A stretch of DNA of 64,000 nucleotides from an uncultured Spirochaetota bacterium (GCA_963781885.1 CAWAHW010000002.1:736001-800000); one strand, 5' to 3'; positions 17,521 to 28,027 are shown, counted from the first letter of the stretch. Notes: generated by a model from the sequence alone, not told the origin. Translations and numbers: made by a program.

Positions 17521-19803
17521 TTGAGGAAAATACTACTCCTCCTTGGCATCTCGCTGGTCGCTGTTGCCGCATTCGGCCAGGTGAGCTTCTCCGGCCTGGA
17601 CCTGTCTTCCACGGACAGGCTTCTCTTCTCGGCGCGCACGCCGTCAACCGCATTTGGGACCTTTGACACGCTTTTTCTCGCCGACGCGAAGAGCCGTGCC
17701 ATGCGGCAGCTCACGTTCTTTCCCGAGGACGTGCAGCTTCTGCAAGATAAGGACGTCCTGCAGATCCAGAACCGCTTCGGCGTCTTCCGCTCCGGTCCGG
17801 ACTATCGCAACATTGCCCCGCTTGCCATGTTCCCCTCTTTCGTCGCCGGCGGGCAGGTCCAGGCGGGCACTGTCTCGCCGATGCAGACCTCACCCGACGG
17901 CAGGTTCCTGCTCTTCCTCCGCATGACGTCCCCCGCCTACGGGGACCTCACGCTCCTGAACGTCGCCACCGGCGAGCTCACCGTGGTCGCCCCAAAAGTC
18001 GAGCTGTCGCTGCAGGGGCTGCCGGCCGTCTGGTCGCCGGACTCCCGCTTCATCGTCTACACGAAAGCGTCCGGGCTCTATTACTATTCGGTGGAGCAGC
18101 TGCAGGACAACCGCGTGCTGTCGGAAGGCCTGCGCAAGATGGGCGACGGGACCATCGCGAACGTGCAGTGGGGAAATGGCGGCACCCTGTACTACGTCTC
18201 AGGCGTCATCGTCTATGCCATCGATCCCAATGAGCTTTTCACCCGCGCGCTCTACGCGGGATTCCTGAAGATCGGCACGGTCGTCGGCAAGATCCCCTTC
18301 GAGTTCGACCCGAACTTCGATTCCCTGTGGGTCTCGCCGGACGGGAAGAACCTGCTCCTCAACAAGGGCGGGCGGAACATCTTCCTCTACTACCTCACGC
18401 TCGACGATTTCCATGCATCGGCGACGCCGCTGACGCTGCCGTACCTTGCGCTGCCGCGCGACACCACCGTGCAGAAAGTGATCTGGTCCACCGGCAACGT
18501 GGTGACCATGCTGTGCGCGAGCCGCGCCGGCGGCGTGCAGGGCACGGCGGTGTATCGCCTCACCCAGGACGCGAAGGGGACCTACGGGGTCTTCACGCGC
18601 ATGGACGACGTCGGTGTGCTCGACATCACCCTGTCGCCGGACGGCAGCCGCGCCGCCCTCATGACCGCCGACGGCGTGTCGTGGAAGGACTACGTCACCT
18701 GGAAGGACCAGGGCAGGATGAGCCATCCCTCGCCGCTGCACGTGCTGTGGCTGAGCGACGACGAGATGCTCGTCGCCGGTGCCTACTTCATCGAGCGCTA
18801 TACGGTGACGGCGGGGACGAGCTCCCTGGTGGCGCTGTCCCAGCCGGGGGATTTCGGGCATGCGAAGACCGGGCAGGCGGTGCTGGACCGGACGCGCGAC
18901 AGGATGTTCTCCTTCGACGAGACGGCCGGCGCCTGGGTGCCCGCGATCGATTTTTCCGTCCGCGACAAGAGCGTCGCATCGGATGCCTTCCGCGTGTACC
19001 TGGAGCAGTCGGCGCGCGGCAGCTACGCGAACCTCGTGATGGTCCGCGACGCGAAGGGTTTCGGCACGACGCCGCTCTTCCCGCCCGAGACGGTCCTCTA
19101 CGAGCCGTTCCCGGTCGCGGACGATCCCATGGACTTCACGAACGTGTCGCACGGATCGCGCATCCGCCGGCGCGAGGTGAGCCTCGTCTTCAACGCGGTG
19201 GACTCCGCCGAGGGCCTCACGAGCATCCTCAACACGCTGTCGGCGTACAAGGTGCGCGCCACGTTCTTCGTGAACGGCGAGTTCATCCGCCGCTACCCGG
19301 ACGCGGTGAAGGAGATCGCCGAATCGGGTCACGAGGTGGGATCGCTCTTCTATGCCTATTTCAACATGACCGATTCGCGCTTCACCGTGGACCACGACTT
19401 CGTGAAGGCCGGTCTCGCGCGCAACGAGGACGACTACTACGCCGCCACCGGCCGCGAGCTCTCCCTGCTCTGGCACGCCCCCTACTACATCGTGAACTCG
19501 GAGATACTCTCCGCCGCGGCGGAGATGAACTACACCTACGCCGGCCGTGACCTGGATTCCTACGACTGGGTGACGTCCACGGAGAGCAACCAGGCGCGCG
19601 GCATCTACATGCGCGCGGCCGACCTCGTGGAACGCATCATCGCGCAGAAGAAGCCCGGCTCCATCATCCCCCTCCAGGTGGGGGCGGGTGAGGGGCGGCG
19701 GGAGGACTACCTGTTCCAGAAGCTCGACATCCTCATCAACGAGCTTTTCCGCCGCGGCTACACGATCGTGCCGGTCTCGACGCTGATCGAGCACGCGCGG
19801 TAA
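17521..19803 (+). CDS. Secreted beta-propeller plus polysaccharide deacetylase (NodB-like) protein
   Basis: Signal peptide, SPDG propeller repeats, and C-terminal 'ATFFVNGEF...GHEVG...GYTIVPVSTL'. Confidence 0.8.
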   Translation: MRKILLLLGISLVAVAAFGQVSFSGLDLSSTDRLLFSARTPSTAFGTFDTLFLADAKSRAMRQLTFFPEDVQLLQDKDVLQIQNRFGVFRSGPDYRNIAPLAMFPSFVAGGQVQAGTVSPMQTSPDGRFLLFLRMTSPAYGDLTLLNVATGELTVVAPKVELSLQGLPAVWSPDSRFIVYTKASGLYYYSVEQLQDNRVLSEGLRKMGDGTIANVQWGNGGTLYYVSGVIVYAIDPNELFTRALYAGFLKIGTVVGKIPFEFDPNFDSLWVSPDGKNLLLNKGGRNIFLYYLTLDDFHASATPLTLPYLALPRDTTVQKVIWSTGNVVTMLCASRAGGVQGTAVYRLTQDAKGTYGVFTRMDDVGVLDITLSPDGSRAALMTADGVSWKDYVTWKDQGRMSHPSPLHVLWLSDDEMLVAGAYFIERYTVTAGTSSLVALSQPGDFGHAKTGQAVLDRTRDRMFSFDETAGAWVPAIDFSVRDKSVASDAFRVYLEQSARGSYANLVMVRDAKGFGTTPLFPPETVLYEPFPVADDPMDFTNVSHGSRIRRREVSLVFNAVDSAEGLTSILNTLSAYKVRATFFVNGEFIRRYPDAVKEIAESGHEVGSLFYAYFNMTDSRFTVDHDFVKAGLARNEDDYYAATGRELSLLWHAPYYIVNSEILSAAAEMNYTYAGRDLDSYDWVTSTESNQARGIYMRAADLVERIIAQKKPGSIIPLQVGAGEGRREDYLFQKLDILINELFRRGYTIVPVSTLIEHAR

Positions 19804-19831
19804 CGGCAACGGGAAGAAAGGGGAAGCTGCG

Positions 19832-20260
19832 GTGAACGCGAACGATCCAGGGAATGCCTACCGCGAGATCCAGATCAAGACGGCGAACCAGATCCGGCTC
19901 ATCGTCATGCTCTACGACGGGGCGATCAAGCACATCAACCTCGCGCTCGACATGTTCGCCGAGGGTCACAAGCGTTACGACGCGATCAATGGCCACCTCA
20001 TCGCCGCGCAGGACATCCTCTCGGAGCTGATGGCGTCACTGGACTTCGAGAAGGGGGGCGTGCTCGCCCGCAACCTCTTCAGCCTCTACTCCTTCATGAA
20101 TCGACGGCTTCTGGATGGAAACCTGAAAAAGGACCCTGCTCCGCTCGCCGAGGTGCGCAAGTTGATGGGTGAGCTGCGCGAGGCGTGGGATGAGATCTCC
20201 ACGCGCAAGGGCCTGGAGGGGAATGCGACACCCGCCAGCGGGGTGAATATCGCCGGATAG
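19832..20260 (+). CDS. fliS: Flagellar export chaperone FliS
   Basis: 'AY...IKTA...LIVMLYDGAI...ELMASLD...NLFSLY...ELREAW' signature. Confidence 0.93.
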   Translation: MNANDPGNAYREIQIKTANQIRLIVMLYDGAIKHINLALDMFAEGHKRYDAINGHLIAAQDILSELMASLDFEKGGVLARNLFSLYSFMNRRLLDGNLKKDPAPLAEVRKLMGELREAWDEISTRKGLEGNATPASGVNIAG

Positions 20261-20289
20261 CCGGGACGCGGACAAAAGGGAGGGGCCCC

Positions 20290-20733
20290 ATGAGCGAAAA
20301 TGAACAGAATGTCGCCATCCTCAGGCGCCTGCGCGAGATGCTCGCGCGCCAGAGGGACAGGTTCGATGCCTACCTGCGCCTGCTCGAGCGCCAGAAGAAC
20401 GCCATCGACGAAAGGGACACCGGCAGGCTTCTGGAGCAGGTGGAGATGGAGAGGTCGATCATCGCGGAGGTGAAGAGCCTGCGGAAGGTCATCGCCCCGC
20501 TGGAAGCGCTCTACCAGGCTGCCTACCCGGGGACGGAAGACACCGTGCCGCAGCTCCAGGCGACCCTGGACACGATGGGCAAGACCATCGCGGCGCACAA
20601 CGCGCGCAACCGGCAGATGCTCCGCGACCGCATGCAGGAGCTGCGCCAGGAGATCAACGCGCTGCACGCATGGCCGAAGACCGCCCCGCAGTTCTCCACG
20701 GTCTCGCCGAATCTCGTCGACATCACCACATGA
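20290..20733 (+). CDS. FlgN-like flagellar chaperone
   Basis: Helical 147-aa protein between fliS and polA. Confidence 0.6.
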   Translation: MSENEQNVAILRRLREMLARQRDRFDAYLRLLERQKNAIDERDTGRLLEQVEMERSIIAEVKSLRKVIAPLEALYQAAYPGTEDTVPQLQATLDTMGKTIAAHNARNRQMLRDRMQELRQEINALHAWPKTAPQFSTVSPNLVDITT

Positions 20734-23486
20734 GTCGGGAGCTGTACCTCCTCGACGGCTACAGCATCATCTATCGGGGGTATTTCGCCTTCCTGAACCG
20801 GCCGCTCCTCAATCCGCAGGGCCGCAACTCCTCGTCCGTCTTCGTCTTCTTCCGCACGCTCTTCCAGCTCATTCGCGACAGGGCCCCGGGCGCCATCGTC
20901 GTGGCGATGGATTCGCGCGTGCCCACCTTCCGCCACGTGCGCTACGACCAGTACAAGGCGAATCGTGAAAAGGCCCCCGGCGACCTGCACGCGCAGGTGC
21001 CGGTGATCGAGGAAATCCTCGCGGCCCTCCACGTGCCCAGCATCCGGGCGGACGGCTTCGAGGCCGATGACGTCATCGCGACGCTCGCCGAAGGCTGCCG
21101 CAAGATGGGCGTCCCGTGCTGGATCCTCTCAAGTGACAAGGACATCCTCCAGCTCATCGGCGGCAACGTGCGCCTGATGGCCCAGGAGAAAGGAAGAAGC
21201 GATCTGGTCGAGTACTCCCGACAGAAGGTGTTCGAGGCACGAGGGGTGTACCCCGAGCAGATCGTCGATTACCTCGCCCTCACCGGCGACTCATCCGACA
21301 ATGTCCCCGGCGTCGCGGGTATCGGGGAAAAGACGGCGCAGAAGCTGCTGGCCCAGTTCGGGAGCCTGGAAAAGATGTATGCCGAGCTTTCCTCGGTCAC
21401 GCCAGAATCGCTTCGAAAAAAGCTGGAGACGGGGCGCGAGCTTGCCTTCCTGTCCCACGAGCTCGTGACGCTCCGGCGGGACGTCCCCGGCATGCCGGAG
21501 ATCGATTCGCTCGCCTTTCCCGGTCTCGATGTCGACGCCGGCGCTCCGCTCTTCGAGCGCGAAGGCATGAAGACGCTGGTGACGGAGATGCGGGGCATCG
21601 CGCATGCGGCGGCCGCGCCGCGCGCCGCGGCACCGGTGGCGCCCGCCCCCGCACCGGAGCCAGTCGCCGACACCAAGGCGGCGCCGGCGGTCGAGATGAA
21701 GAGGGGCACCTACACCACGATCACCTCCCTGAGCGAGCTGGACCTCTGGGTGGAGAAGGCGCGCCGCGCGGGCACGTACTCTTTCGACGTGGAAACGGAC
21801 GGCATCGATGAGATGAGCGCCCGGCCTCTCGGATTCTCCTTCAGCTTCGAGGAGGGCAAGGCCTGCTATATTCCCCTCCGGGCCCCTGGTGTCGCCTGCC
21901 TGCCGGACGACGCGGTGAAAAGCAGGCTCGCGAGGCTCCTGGAAAATCCCGGCCTGCACCTGGTGGGGCAGAACGTGAAATACGATTACAAGGTCATGCG
22001 CCGCTGGGGCGTGCGCCCGGCCAATGTCACCTTCGATACCATGATCGCCGCCTGGGTCCTCGAAAGCGACGAGGCGTTCTTCGGCCTCGATCACCTTGCG
22101 GAAAAGCGCCTGGGTTTCCGCGCCAAGCCGTATGCGGAGGTGGTGGGCAAGGGCCAGACCCTCGACGAGGTGCCCATTCAACAGGCGACGGATTATTCGG
22201 GGGAGGACGCGGATCTCACCTTGCGCCTGCACGCCCTCCTGTCGAAGGACCTGAAATCCGAAAGCCTGGAGTTCGTCTTTTACGATATCGAGATGCCGCT
22301 GGTGTCGGTGCTGGCCGAGATGGAGCTTGCGGGCATCAGGATCCTTTCGGCCGAGCTCGCCGCCTACAGCCGCGAAATGGAAAGCTCCCTTTCGCGCCTG
22401 GAGGCGGAGATCTACGAGCTCTGCGGCCGCTCCTTCAACATCAATTCGACGAAACAGCTCGCGGAGATCCTTTTCACCTGGCGGAAGCTCACGCCCGTGA
22501 AGAAGACGAAGACCGGCTACTCCACCGACGTCGACGTTCTGGAAATACTCGCTGCGGAAGACCCGGTGCCGGAGAAAATCCTCGCTCACCGCAAGCTGTC
22601 GAAGCTGAAGTCGACCTATGTCGATGCGCTGCCCCTGCTCGTCAACGAGCAAACGGGACGCCTGCACACGCACTACGTCCAGACGGGAGCGGCGACGGGG
22701 CGTCTTGCGAGCAAGGACCCGAACCTCCAGAATATCCCCATCCGCGAGGAGGAGGGACGGCGCGTGCGGGCCGCATTCGTGCCCGCGCCGGGCATGAAAT
22801 TCGTGAGCGCGGATTACGCGCAGATCGAGCTCGCCATCCTTGCATACCTGTCCAAGGACCCCATCCTGCTCCAGGCATTCAAGGACGGCAAGGATATCCA
22901 TCGGCAGACGGCCGCGCTTATCTTCGGCGTCGGGGAGGCGGCGGTGTCGCCCGAACAGAGACGCGTCGGAAAGACGATCAATTTCGGCGTGGTCTACGGC
23001 ATGTCAGCCTTCGGCCTTGCCCAGGGGCTGAAGATCTCCCGGGCCGACGCGGACAGGTTCATCAAGACCTATTTCCAGCGCTTCGAAGGGGTCGATCGAT
23101 TCCTGAAGGAAACGATACGCTCCGCGGAAGAGACGGGATTCGTGCGCACGCTCATGGGGCGCCGGCGCAGGATCAACGCGATCACGAGCCGCAACCGTAC
23201 CGAGAAGACGGCAGCGGAGAGAGTGGCGGTGAACTCTCCCATCCAGGGCTCCGCGGCAGACATCGTCAAGATGGCGATGGTGAAGCTGCATCGCCGCCTT
23301 GCGCAGGAAGGGCTTTCGACAAGAATTCTTCTGCAAGTGCACGACGAGATCATCCTGGAGGCTCCGGAGGGCGAGGTGCCGGCCGTCGAGCGCGCCGTGC
23401 ACGACGTGATGGAGCATGTCACCGACCACGCGATCCCGCTGAAGGTCTCCTGCGAATCCGGCGACAGCTGGGGCGCGTTCCACTAA
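20730..23486 (+). CDS. polA: DNA polymerase I
   Basis: 5'-3' exonuclease (LLDG, EADDVI, GIGEKTA), 3'-5' exonuclease (DVET), and polymerase motifs (DYAQIE, INFGVVYG, QVHDE). Confidence 0.98.
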   Translation: MSRELYLLDGYSIIYRGYFAFLNRPLLNPQGRNSSSVFVFFRTLFQLIRDRAPGAIVVAMDSRVPTFRHVRYDQYKANREKAPGDLHAQVPVIEEILAALHVPSIRADGFEADDVIATLAEGCRKMGVPCWILSSDKDILQLIGGNVRLMAQEKGRSDLVEYSRQKVFEARGVYPEQIVDYLALTGDSSDNVPGVAGIGEKTAQKLLAQFGSLEKMYAELSSVTPESLRKKLETGRELAFLSHELVTLRRDVPGMPEIDSLAFPGLDVDAGAPLFEREGMKTLVTEMRGIAHAAAAPRAAAPVAPAPAPEPVADTKAAPAVEMKRGTYTTITSLSELDLWVEKARRAGTYSFDVETDGIDEMSARPLGFSFSFEEGKACYIPLRAPGVACLPDDAVKSRLARLLENPGLHLVGQNVKYDYKVMRRWGVRPANVTFDTMIAAWVLESDEAFFGLDHLAEKRLGFRAKPYAEVVGKGQTLDEVPIQQATDYSGEDADLTLRLHALLSKDLKSESLEFVFYDIEMPLVSVLAEMELAGIRILSAELAAYSREMESSLSRLEAEIYELCGRSFNINSTKQLAEILFTWRKLTPVKKTKTGYSTDVDVLEILAAEDPVPEKILAHRKLSKLKSTYVDALPLLVNEQTGRLHTHYVQTGAATGRLASKDPNLQNIPIREEEGRRVRAAFVPAPGMKFVSADYAQIELAILAYLSKDPILLQAFKDGKDIHRQTAALIFGVGEAAVSPEQRRVGKTINFGVVYGMSAFGLAQGLKISRADADRFIKTYFQRFEGVDRFLKETIRSAEETGFVRTLMGRRRRINAITSRNRTEKTAAERVAVNSPIQGSAADIVKMAMVKLHRRLAQEGLSTRILLQVHDEIILEAPEGEVPAVERAVHDVMEHVTDHAIPLKVSCESGDSWGAFH

Positions 23487-23523
23487 AGGAGGCCGCGTGG
23501 CGTTGCGCTTCGTGCGGCGCACT

Positions 23524-23751
23524 TCATGCGCCCCCGCCCATTCTCTGGAACTCTTCGATTTCCCAGGCAGTCGCGGGGTGGTACCAGCCTCTGAACTTAC
23601 GGAGGTAGCCGTCGGGCACCGGCTCGGGGGAAAGCCTTGCGCCGTCCATCCGGTAGCCCCTCACGACAGCGGGGTTCTCCGAGATCACGCGCAGGAAATC
23701 GCAGCGCGGCTCGCCGCTCCAGGGCCTGTTTTTCATGTAGAGGCTGATCAT
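23524..23751 (-). CDS. Small hypothetical protein (75 aa)
   Basis: AAAGGAG RBS, ATG and an upstream TTGACA; fills the polA-coaE gap. Confidence 0.5.
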   Translation of the reverse strand: MISLYMKNRPWSGEPRCDFLRVISENPAVVRGYRMDGARLSPEPVPDGYLRKFRGWYHPATAWEIEEFQRMGGGA

Positions 23752-23778
23752 GACGGATGCTCCTTTGAAAGACAAATA

Positions 23779-23796
23779 ACTATACAAGTGTATAGT
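23779..23796. promoter_or_regulatory. AT-rich palindrome, putative operator
   Basis: ACTATACA-AG-TGTATAGT (8-bp perfect arms) between divergent starts. Confidence 0.55.
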
Positions 23797-23798
23797 AT

Positions 23799-24623
23799 GT
23801 GTCAAGCGGAAAAAAACGGAGATTGGGCGTGGTCGTCGGACTGACGGGAGGATACTGCGCGGGTAAGGACGTTGTCGCCCGCGCGCTTGCGGGCCGTGGC
23901 TTCGCCGTGATCGACGTGGATGCACTCGGGCACGACGCGCTTCGGGAGAAGGCGGCAGAGGTCATCGCGGCTTTCGGGCGGCTGGTGCGCCGCGACGACG
24001 GCAGCATCGACCGCAAAGCCCTGGGGAGAATCGTCTTCGCGGATGCCGCGGCCCTTGCGCGGCTTGAATCCATCGTGCATCCCGTCATGGTGGAGGAAGT
24101 GAAGAAAAGGGCGTCGGCCGCGCGCGGAGATGTCCTGATCAACGCGGCGATCCTCCGCCACATGGGCCTGCACACCCTTTGCCGCGCGGTCATCTGCGTG
24201 CGTGCGCCGCTTGCGGCCCGGGTGCTCCGCGCGATGCGACGGGACAGGCTTTCATTCGGCGCTGCCCTTGCGAGGATCCGTTCGCAAGGAGACGTCTGTG
24301 CATCGGGGCGCGGAACGCGCCACGGATTTTTGGCATCGGGGCGCGGAACGCGCCACGGATTTTTGGCATCGGGGCGCGGAACGCGCCACGGATTTTTGGC
24401 ATCGGGGCGCGCAACGCGCCACGGATTTTTGGCATCGGGGCGCGCAACGCGCCACGGATTGTCGGCATCGGGGCGCGGAACGCGCCACGGATTGTCGGCA
24501 TCGGGGCGCGGAACGCCTCAATTCAATGATTCCCCTGTCGATACTTATACTGTACGAAACAGGGGGAGCATGCGTTCGCTGGAGCGTCGCGTCGCAGAGC
24601 TCGACCGGCTCTTGAGAGGATAG
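23799..24623 (+). CDS. coaE: Dephospho-CoA kinase with in-frame repeat insertion
   Basis: VGLTGGYCAGK, IDRKALGRIVF and LESIVHP motifs; downstream of polA. Confidence 0.9.
   Translation: MSSGKKRRLGVVVGLTGGYCAGKDVVARALAGRGFAVIDVDALGHDALREKAAEVIAAFGRLVRRDDGSIDRKALGRIVFADAAALARLESIVHPVMVEEVKKRASAARGDVLINAAILRHMGLHTLCRAVICVRAPLAARVLRAMRRDRLSFGAALARIRSQGDVCASGRGTRHGFLASGRGTRHGFLASGRGTRHGFLASGRATRHGFLASGRATRHGLSASGRGTRHGLSASGRGTPQFNDSPVDTYTVRNRGSMRSLERRVAELDRLLRG
24300..24517 (+). repeat. 33-bp tandem repeat (6 full copies plus 1 partial) encoding ASGRGTRHGFL
   Basis: GCATCGGGGCGCGGAACGCGCCACGGATTTTTG units start at 24300, 24333, 24366, 24399, 24432, 24465 and 24498. Confidence 0.95.
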
Positions 24624-24629
24624 GAAGGG

Positions 24630-25316
24630 ATGGAACGGCAGAAAATTTTCTGGGTCGTGCTCTCGGTGAGCGTCTTCGTCGTGATCGTGCTGGTCGTGGG
24701 GGTGCTGCTCCTTCGCCAGAAGTCCTCCACCACCGCGCCGGTCACCGTGAGCCCCCTGTCCGGCACGGGAACGCAGGTCTACGAGTACCAGAGCCCCCCG
24801 ACGTCCCCCGCCGCGCAGGGTGCGCAGCCGTCTGGTTCCGGCACCGCGCAAACGGGCCAGAAGCCCGGCGACCAGCAGACCATGCATTTCTACATCGGAG
24901 AGGGCGACGGACAGAACGCACAACCGGCCCAGACGTCCCCCACGACGACGACACCCGCAGTGAAGCCGGTCGCGCCGGCACCGCAGGCGAGCCCGGCACG
25001 AACCGCCATCCGGCCGGCCACATCGGCACCGGCTGCCGTGAAAAAGCCGCAGAAGGGCATCGATTTCTGGATCCAGACCGGCTCCTACAAGAGCCAGGGC
25101 AAGGCGGAGGAGCTGGTGACGCTGCTGGAGGGCAAGGGCCTCACCGGGAGGGTTTTCTCCTACACGTCAAAGACGGACACCTACTACAGGGTCCGCATCG
25201 GTCCCTATCCGAACAAGGGCGATGCGGAGAAATTCCTCGCCGAGGTGAAGCAGGTCCAGGGTCTGGAAACGAGCTTTATCGCGCAGGTCACCGTGACGCG
25301 ACCTGCGACAAACTGA
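24630..25316 (+). CDS. SPOR domain membrane protein
   Basis: N-terminal TM helix, Pro/Thr linker, and 'WIQTGSY...YRVRIGPY' SPOR domain. Confidence 0.9.
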   Translation: MERQKIFWVVLSVSVFVVIVLVVGVLLLRQKSSTTAPVTVSPLSGTGTQVYEYQSPPTSPAAQGAQPSGSGTAQTGQKPGDQQTMHFYIGEGDGQNAQPAQTSPTTTTPAVKPVAPAPQASPARTAIRPATSAPAAVKKPQKGIDFWIQTGSYKSQGKAEELVTLLEGKGLTGRVFSYTSKTDTYYRVRIGPYPNKGDAEKFLAEVKQVQGLETSFIAQVTVTRPATN

Positions 25317-25325
25317 GGCTCCCCC

Positions 25326-26444
25326 TCAGGAGCCGTTCAGGACCTGTTCGTAGATCTTTTCGTATTGCGGAATGATCGCCGCATAGTCGAATCGTCTGGC
25401 CTGTGCGCGCGCCGCCGCCGCGTAGCGTCGGGCCTTTCCGCAGTCTTCCAGGAGCTGCAGACAGTAACCCGCCATCGCATCGATATCGCCGACCGGCGCG
25501 AGGAATCCGGTCACCCCGTGCTCCACGACTTCCGGCAGCCCCCCCACGTCGCTTGCCACAACGGGCACGCCGCTCGCCATGGCCTCCAGCGCCACGAGGC
25601 CGAAGCTTTCCGTCTCGCTGGGCAGGAGGAGGACGTCGGCCGCCTTCAGGAGCGGCGCCACCTCGTCCACCACGCCCACGTAGCGCACCACCGACGTCAA
25701 CCCCATGGAATCCACGAGCTCGCGAGTCCTCCCGTATTCGGGGCCGTCGCCTACGAGCACCAGACGCGCGTCCATGGATTCCCGCACCCGCGCGAAGATC
25801 CGCACGACGTCGTCGGTGCGCTTGATGGGGCGGAAGTTCGAGATGTGCATGAGCGTGACCTGCCGCTCCGAGGTCTTTTCCGGTATGCAGCGGGGCTCGC
25901 GCACCTCGTGCCGATCCGGGTCGATGAAATTGTAGACGACCTGGATCTCCTTTTTCATCGGGATCTGCCGGTAGGTTTCATCCCGCAAGTAGCGGGAGAC
26001 CGCCGTGACGGCGTCCGATTGCTCGATGGACCATTGCGTCACCGGCTTGAAGGACGGGCTCGATCCCACCAGGGTGATGTCCGTGCCATGCAGCGTCGTG
26101 ACGACCTTCAGGTTCAGCTCCGAGGCGATCTGCCGCGTCATGATGGCGGCGGCGGCAAAGGGGATGGCATAGTGCACGTGCATCACCTGCAGCTTGTGCG
26201 TCCGCGCCACCTCCACCATCTTCGCCGTCAGGGTGAGGCTGTGCGGAAACTGCTTCAGGAGCGCGTGATTCTCCTGGTCCACTTCGTGGTAGCAGACCCG
26301 GGGCGGGAGCTCGCCGAGACGAAGCGGGTTGGCGTAGCTGATGAAGGCCACCGAATGCCCGCGCTCCGCCAAGTGCTTGCCAAGCTCCGTTGCCACCACG
26401 CCGCTTCCGCCGGCGGTGGGATAGCAGCAGATGCCGATCCGCAT
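25326..26444 (-). CDS. bshA: N-acetyl-alpha-D-glucosaminyl L-malate synthase
   Basis: [49 protein letters not shown] and [11 protein letters not shown]. Confidence 0.92.
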   Translation of the reverse strand: MRIGICCYPTAGGSGVVATELGKHLAERGHSVAFISYANPLRLGELPPRVCYHEVDQENHALLKQFPHSLTLTAKMVEVARTHKLQVMHVHYAIPFAAAAIMTRQIASELNLKVVTTLHGTDITLVGSSPSFKPVTQWSIEQSDAVTAVSRYLRDETYRQIPMKKEIQVVYNFIDPDRHEVREPRCIPEKTSERQVTLMHISNFRPIKRTDDVVRIFARVRESMDARLVLVGDGPEYGRTRELVDSMGLTSVVRYVGVVDEVAPLLKAADVLLLPSETESFGLVALEAMASGVPVVASDVGGLPEVVEHGVTGFLAPVGDIDAMAGYCLQLLEDCGKARRYAAAARAQARRFDYAAIIPQYEKIYEQVLNGS

Positions 26445-26524
26445 GTGCCGCTCGGAGGCCGGCTCCGCGTGGCCCGGGCCGGGCCCGGCGGCGTCGCCGG
26501 TGAGGGGACCTGGTGGGGTCGGCG

Positions 26525-27466
26525 TCACAGCCCGCCGTCCCAGGCATCGGGATCGTCCGCACGCGCGTGACGGATCTGGCTGGGGTTGTGATAGATCCTG
26601 CTGTTGGCGGGCACGCTCTCCGTGAGCCATACGTTGCCGCCGATGATCGATCCGCGGCCGACCACCGTCTTTCCGCCAAGGATCGTCGCCCCGGCGTAGA
26701 TGGTGACCTCGTCCTCGATCGTGGGATGGCGCTTGCTGTTGGCGAGCTCCTTGCGGACGCTGAGGGCGCCGAGCGTCACGCCCTGGTAGAGCTTCACGTT
26801 GTCGCCGATGACGGTCGTCTCTCCGATGACGACACCGGTGCCGTGGTCGATGAAGAAGGAATCCCCGATCGTCGCCCCGGGGTGGATGTCGATGCCCGTC
26901 TGGCCGTGCACGTATTCGCTCATCATGCGGGGAATCATAGCGACGTGGCGCTCGTACAGCTCGTGCGCAATGCGGTGGACGAGGATGGCCTCCACCGCGG
27001 GGTAGGAGAGGATCACTTCCTCATAGGTGCGCGCCGCCGGGTCTCCGCGGAAGGCTGCCTGGACGTCGCGGCTCACGCGGCGGCGGATCTCCGGTATCCC
27101 TTCCAGCAGCGCGCGCACGATGTCTTCCGCCTCACCGGTGCAGTTCTGGTGCCGGTCGCAGTCGTCCATCATCCTGCACGTGTAGCGCAGGCTCTTTTCC
27201 ACTTCGATCGTGAGCCCCCGGGCGACGTTCACGACTTTCTCTCCAATGGCGTAACGCATGCCCGACAGCTCCAGGCGCTCCTCCGCGCGGAAACCGGGGA
27301 AGATGAGGGACGCAAGCTCCTCCACGATCCGTTCCACGCTCTGCCGCGAGGGGAGATTCGCGCCTTCGATGTGATTGATGCCCCCGAGCTCCCGGTAGGA
27401 GCCGAGTATGCCTTCCACGATATTGTCGAGGAAATCGGGCGGTTCCCTTGCCGCGGCCTGACTCAT
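26525..27466 (-). CDS. cysE: Serine O-acetyltransferase
   Basis: GDPAA, GIDIHPGATIG, IDHGTGVVIGET and KRHPTI. Confidence 0.93.
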   Translation of the reverse strand: MSQAAAREPPDFLDNIVEGILGSYRELGGINHIEGANLPSRQSVERIVEELASLIFPGFRAEERLELSGMRYAIGEKVVNVARGLTIEVEKSLRYTCRMMDDCDRHQNCTGEAEDIVRALLEGIPEIRRRVSRDVQAAFRGDPAARTYEEVILSYPAVEAILVHRIAHELYERHVAMIPRMMSEYVHGQTGIDIHPGATIGDSFFIDHGTGVVIGETTVIGDNVKLYQGVTLGALSVRKELANSKRHPTIEDEVTIYAGATILGGKTVVGRGSIIGGNVWLTESVPANSRIYHNPSQIRHARADDPDAWDGGL

Positions 27467-27530
27467 GCATTGAAAATGGGGCGGACACGGTGAGTTTGTC
27501 AAGGCGCGCCAAATCTCCTACAATGACCGC

Positions 27531-27971
27531 ATGCGGGTCCATCTGCCCCTCAGCGCCTGTCTCCTCGTGGCCGTGGCCGTCCAGCTGCTCTGCCAGCTCT
27601 TCAAGGTGGTCTACTATTCGCTGCGCACGCGCCGCCTGTCCCTTTCCTGGTTCATTTCCGCCGGCGGCATGCCTAGCGCGCACTCGGCCTTCGTGAGCTC
27701 ACTTGCCGTCTCGGTGGGTCTCTGGGCCGGTTTCGATACCGACCTCTTCGGCGTGACGTGCGTCTTTTCCATCATCATCATGTACGATGCCCTGCGCCTT
27801 CGCGGGGCGGTGCAGCACCACGCGCAGATCCTCTCTGCGCTCGCGGCCGTCCACCCCGAGGTCGATGCGGGAAAGATCAATCTCCGCCTCGGCCATAGCG
27901 CCGCGGAAATCGCCGCGGGAATCATCGTGGGAGGGGGATGCGCGCTGCTCGCCTGGGCGCTCATGCGGTAG
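27531..27971 (+). CDS. Divergent PAP2 (DUF212) family protein
   Basis: GGMPSAHSA, IMYDA and LGH motifs. Confidence 0.9.
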   Translation: MRVHLPLSACLLVAVAVQLLCQLFKVVYYSLRTRRLSLSWFISAGGMPSAHSAFVSSLAVSVGLWAGFDTDLFGVTCVFSIIIMYDALRLRGAVQHHAQILSALAAVHPEVDAGKINLRLGHSAAEIAAGIIVGGGCALLAWALMR

Positions 27972-28027
27972 GCCGCGGCTGCGTGTCCGCGCCGGCCGTG
28001 CGCTGCCCATGGGGCGCCGTCAGCGGC

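Noticed and set aside
24300-24517. CRISPR array or separate repeat-protein genes
   Set aside because: There are no spacers; the repeat is in frame within coaE and the other-frame ORFs are by-products.
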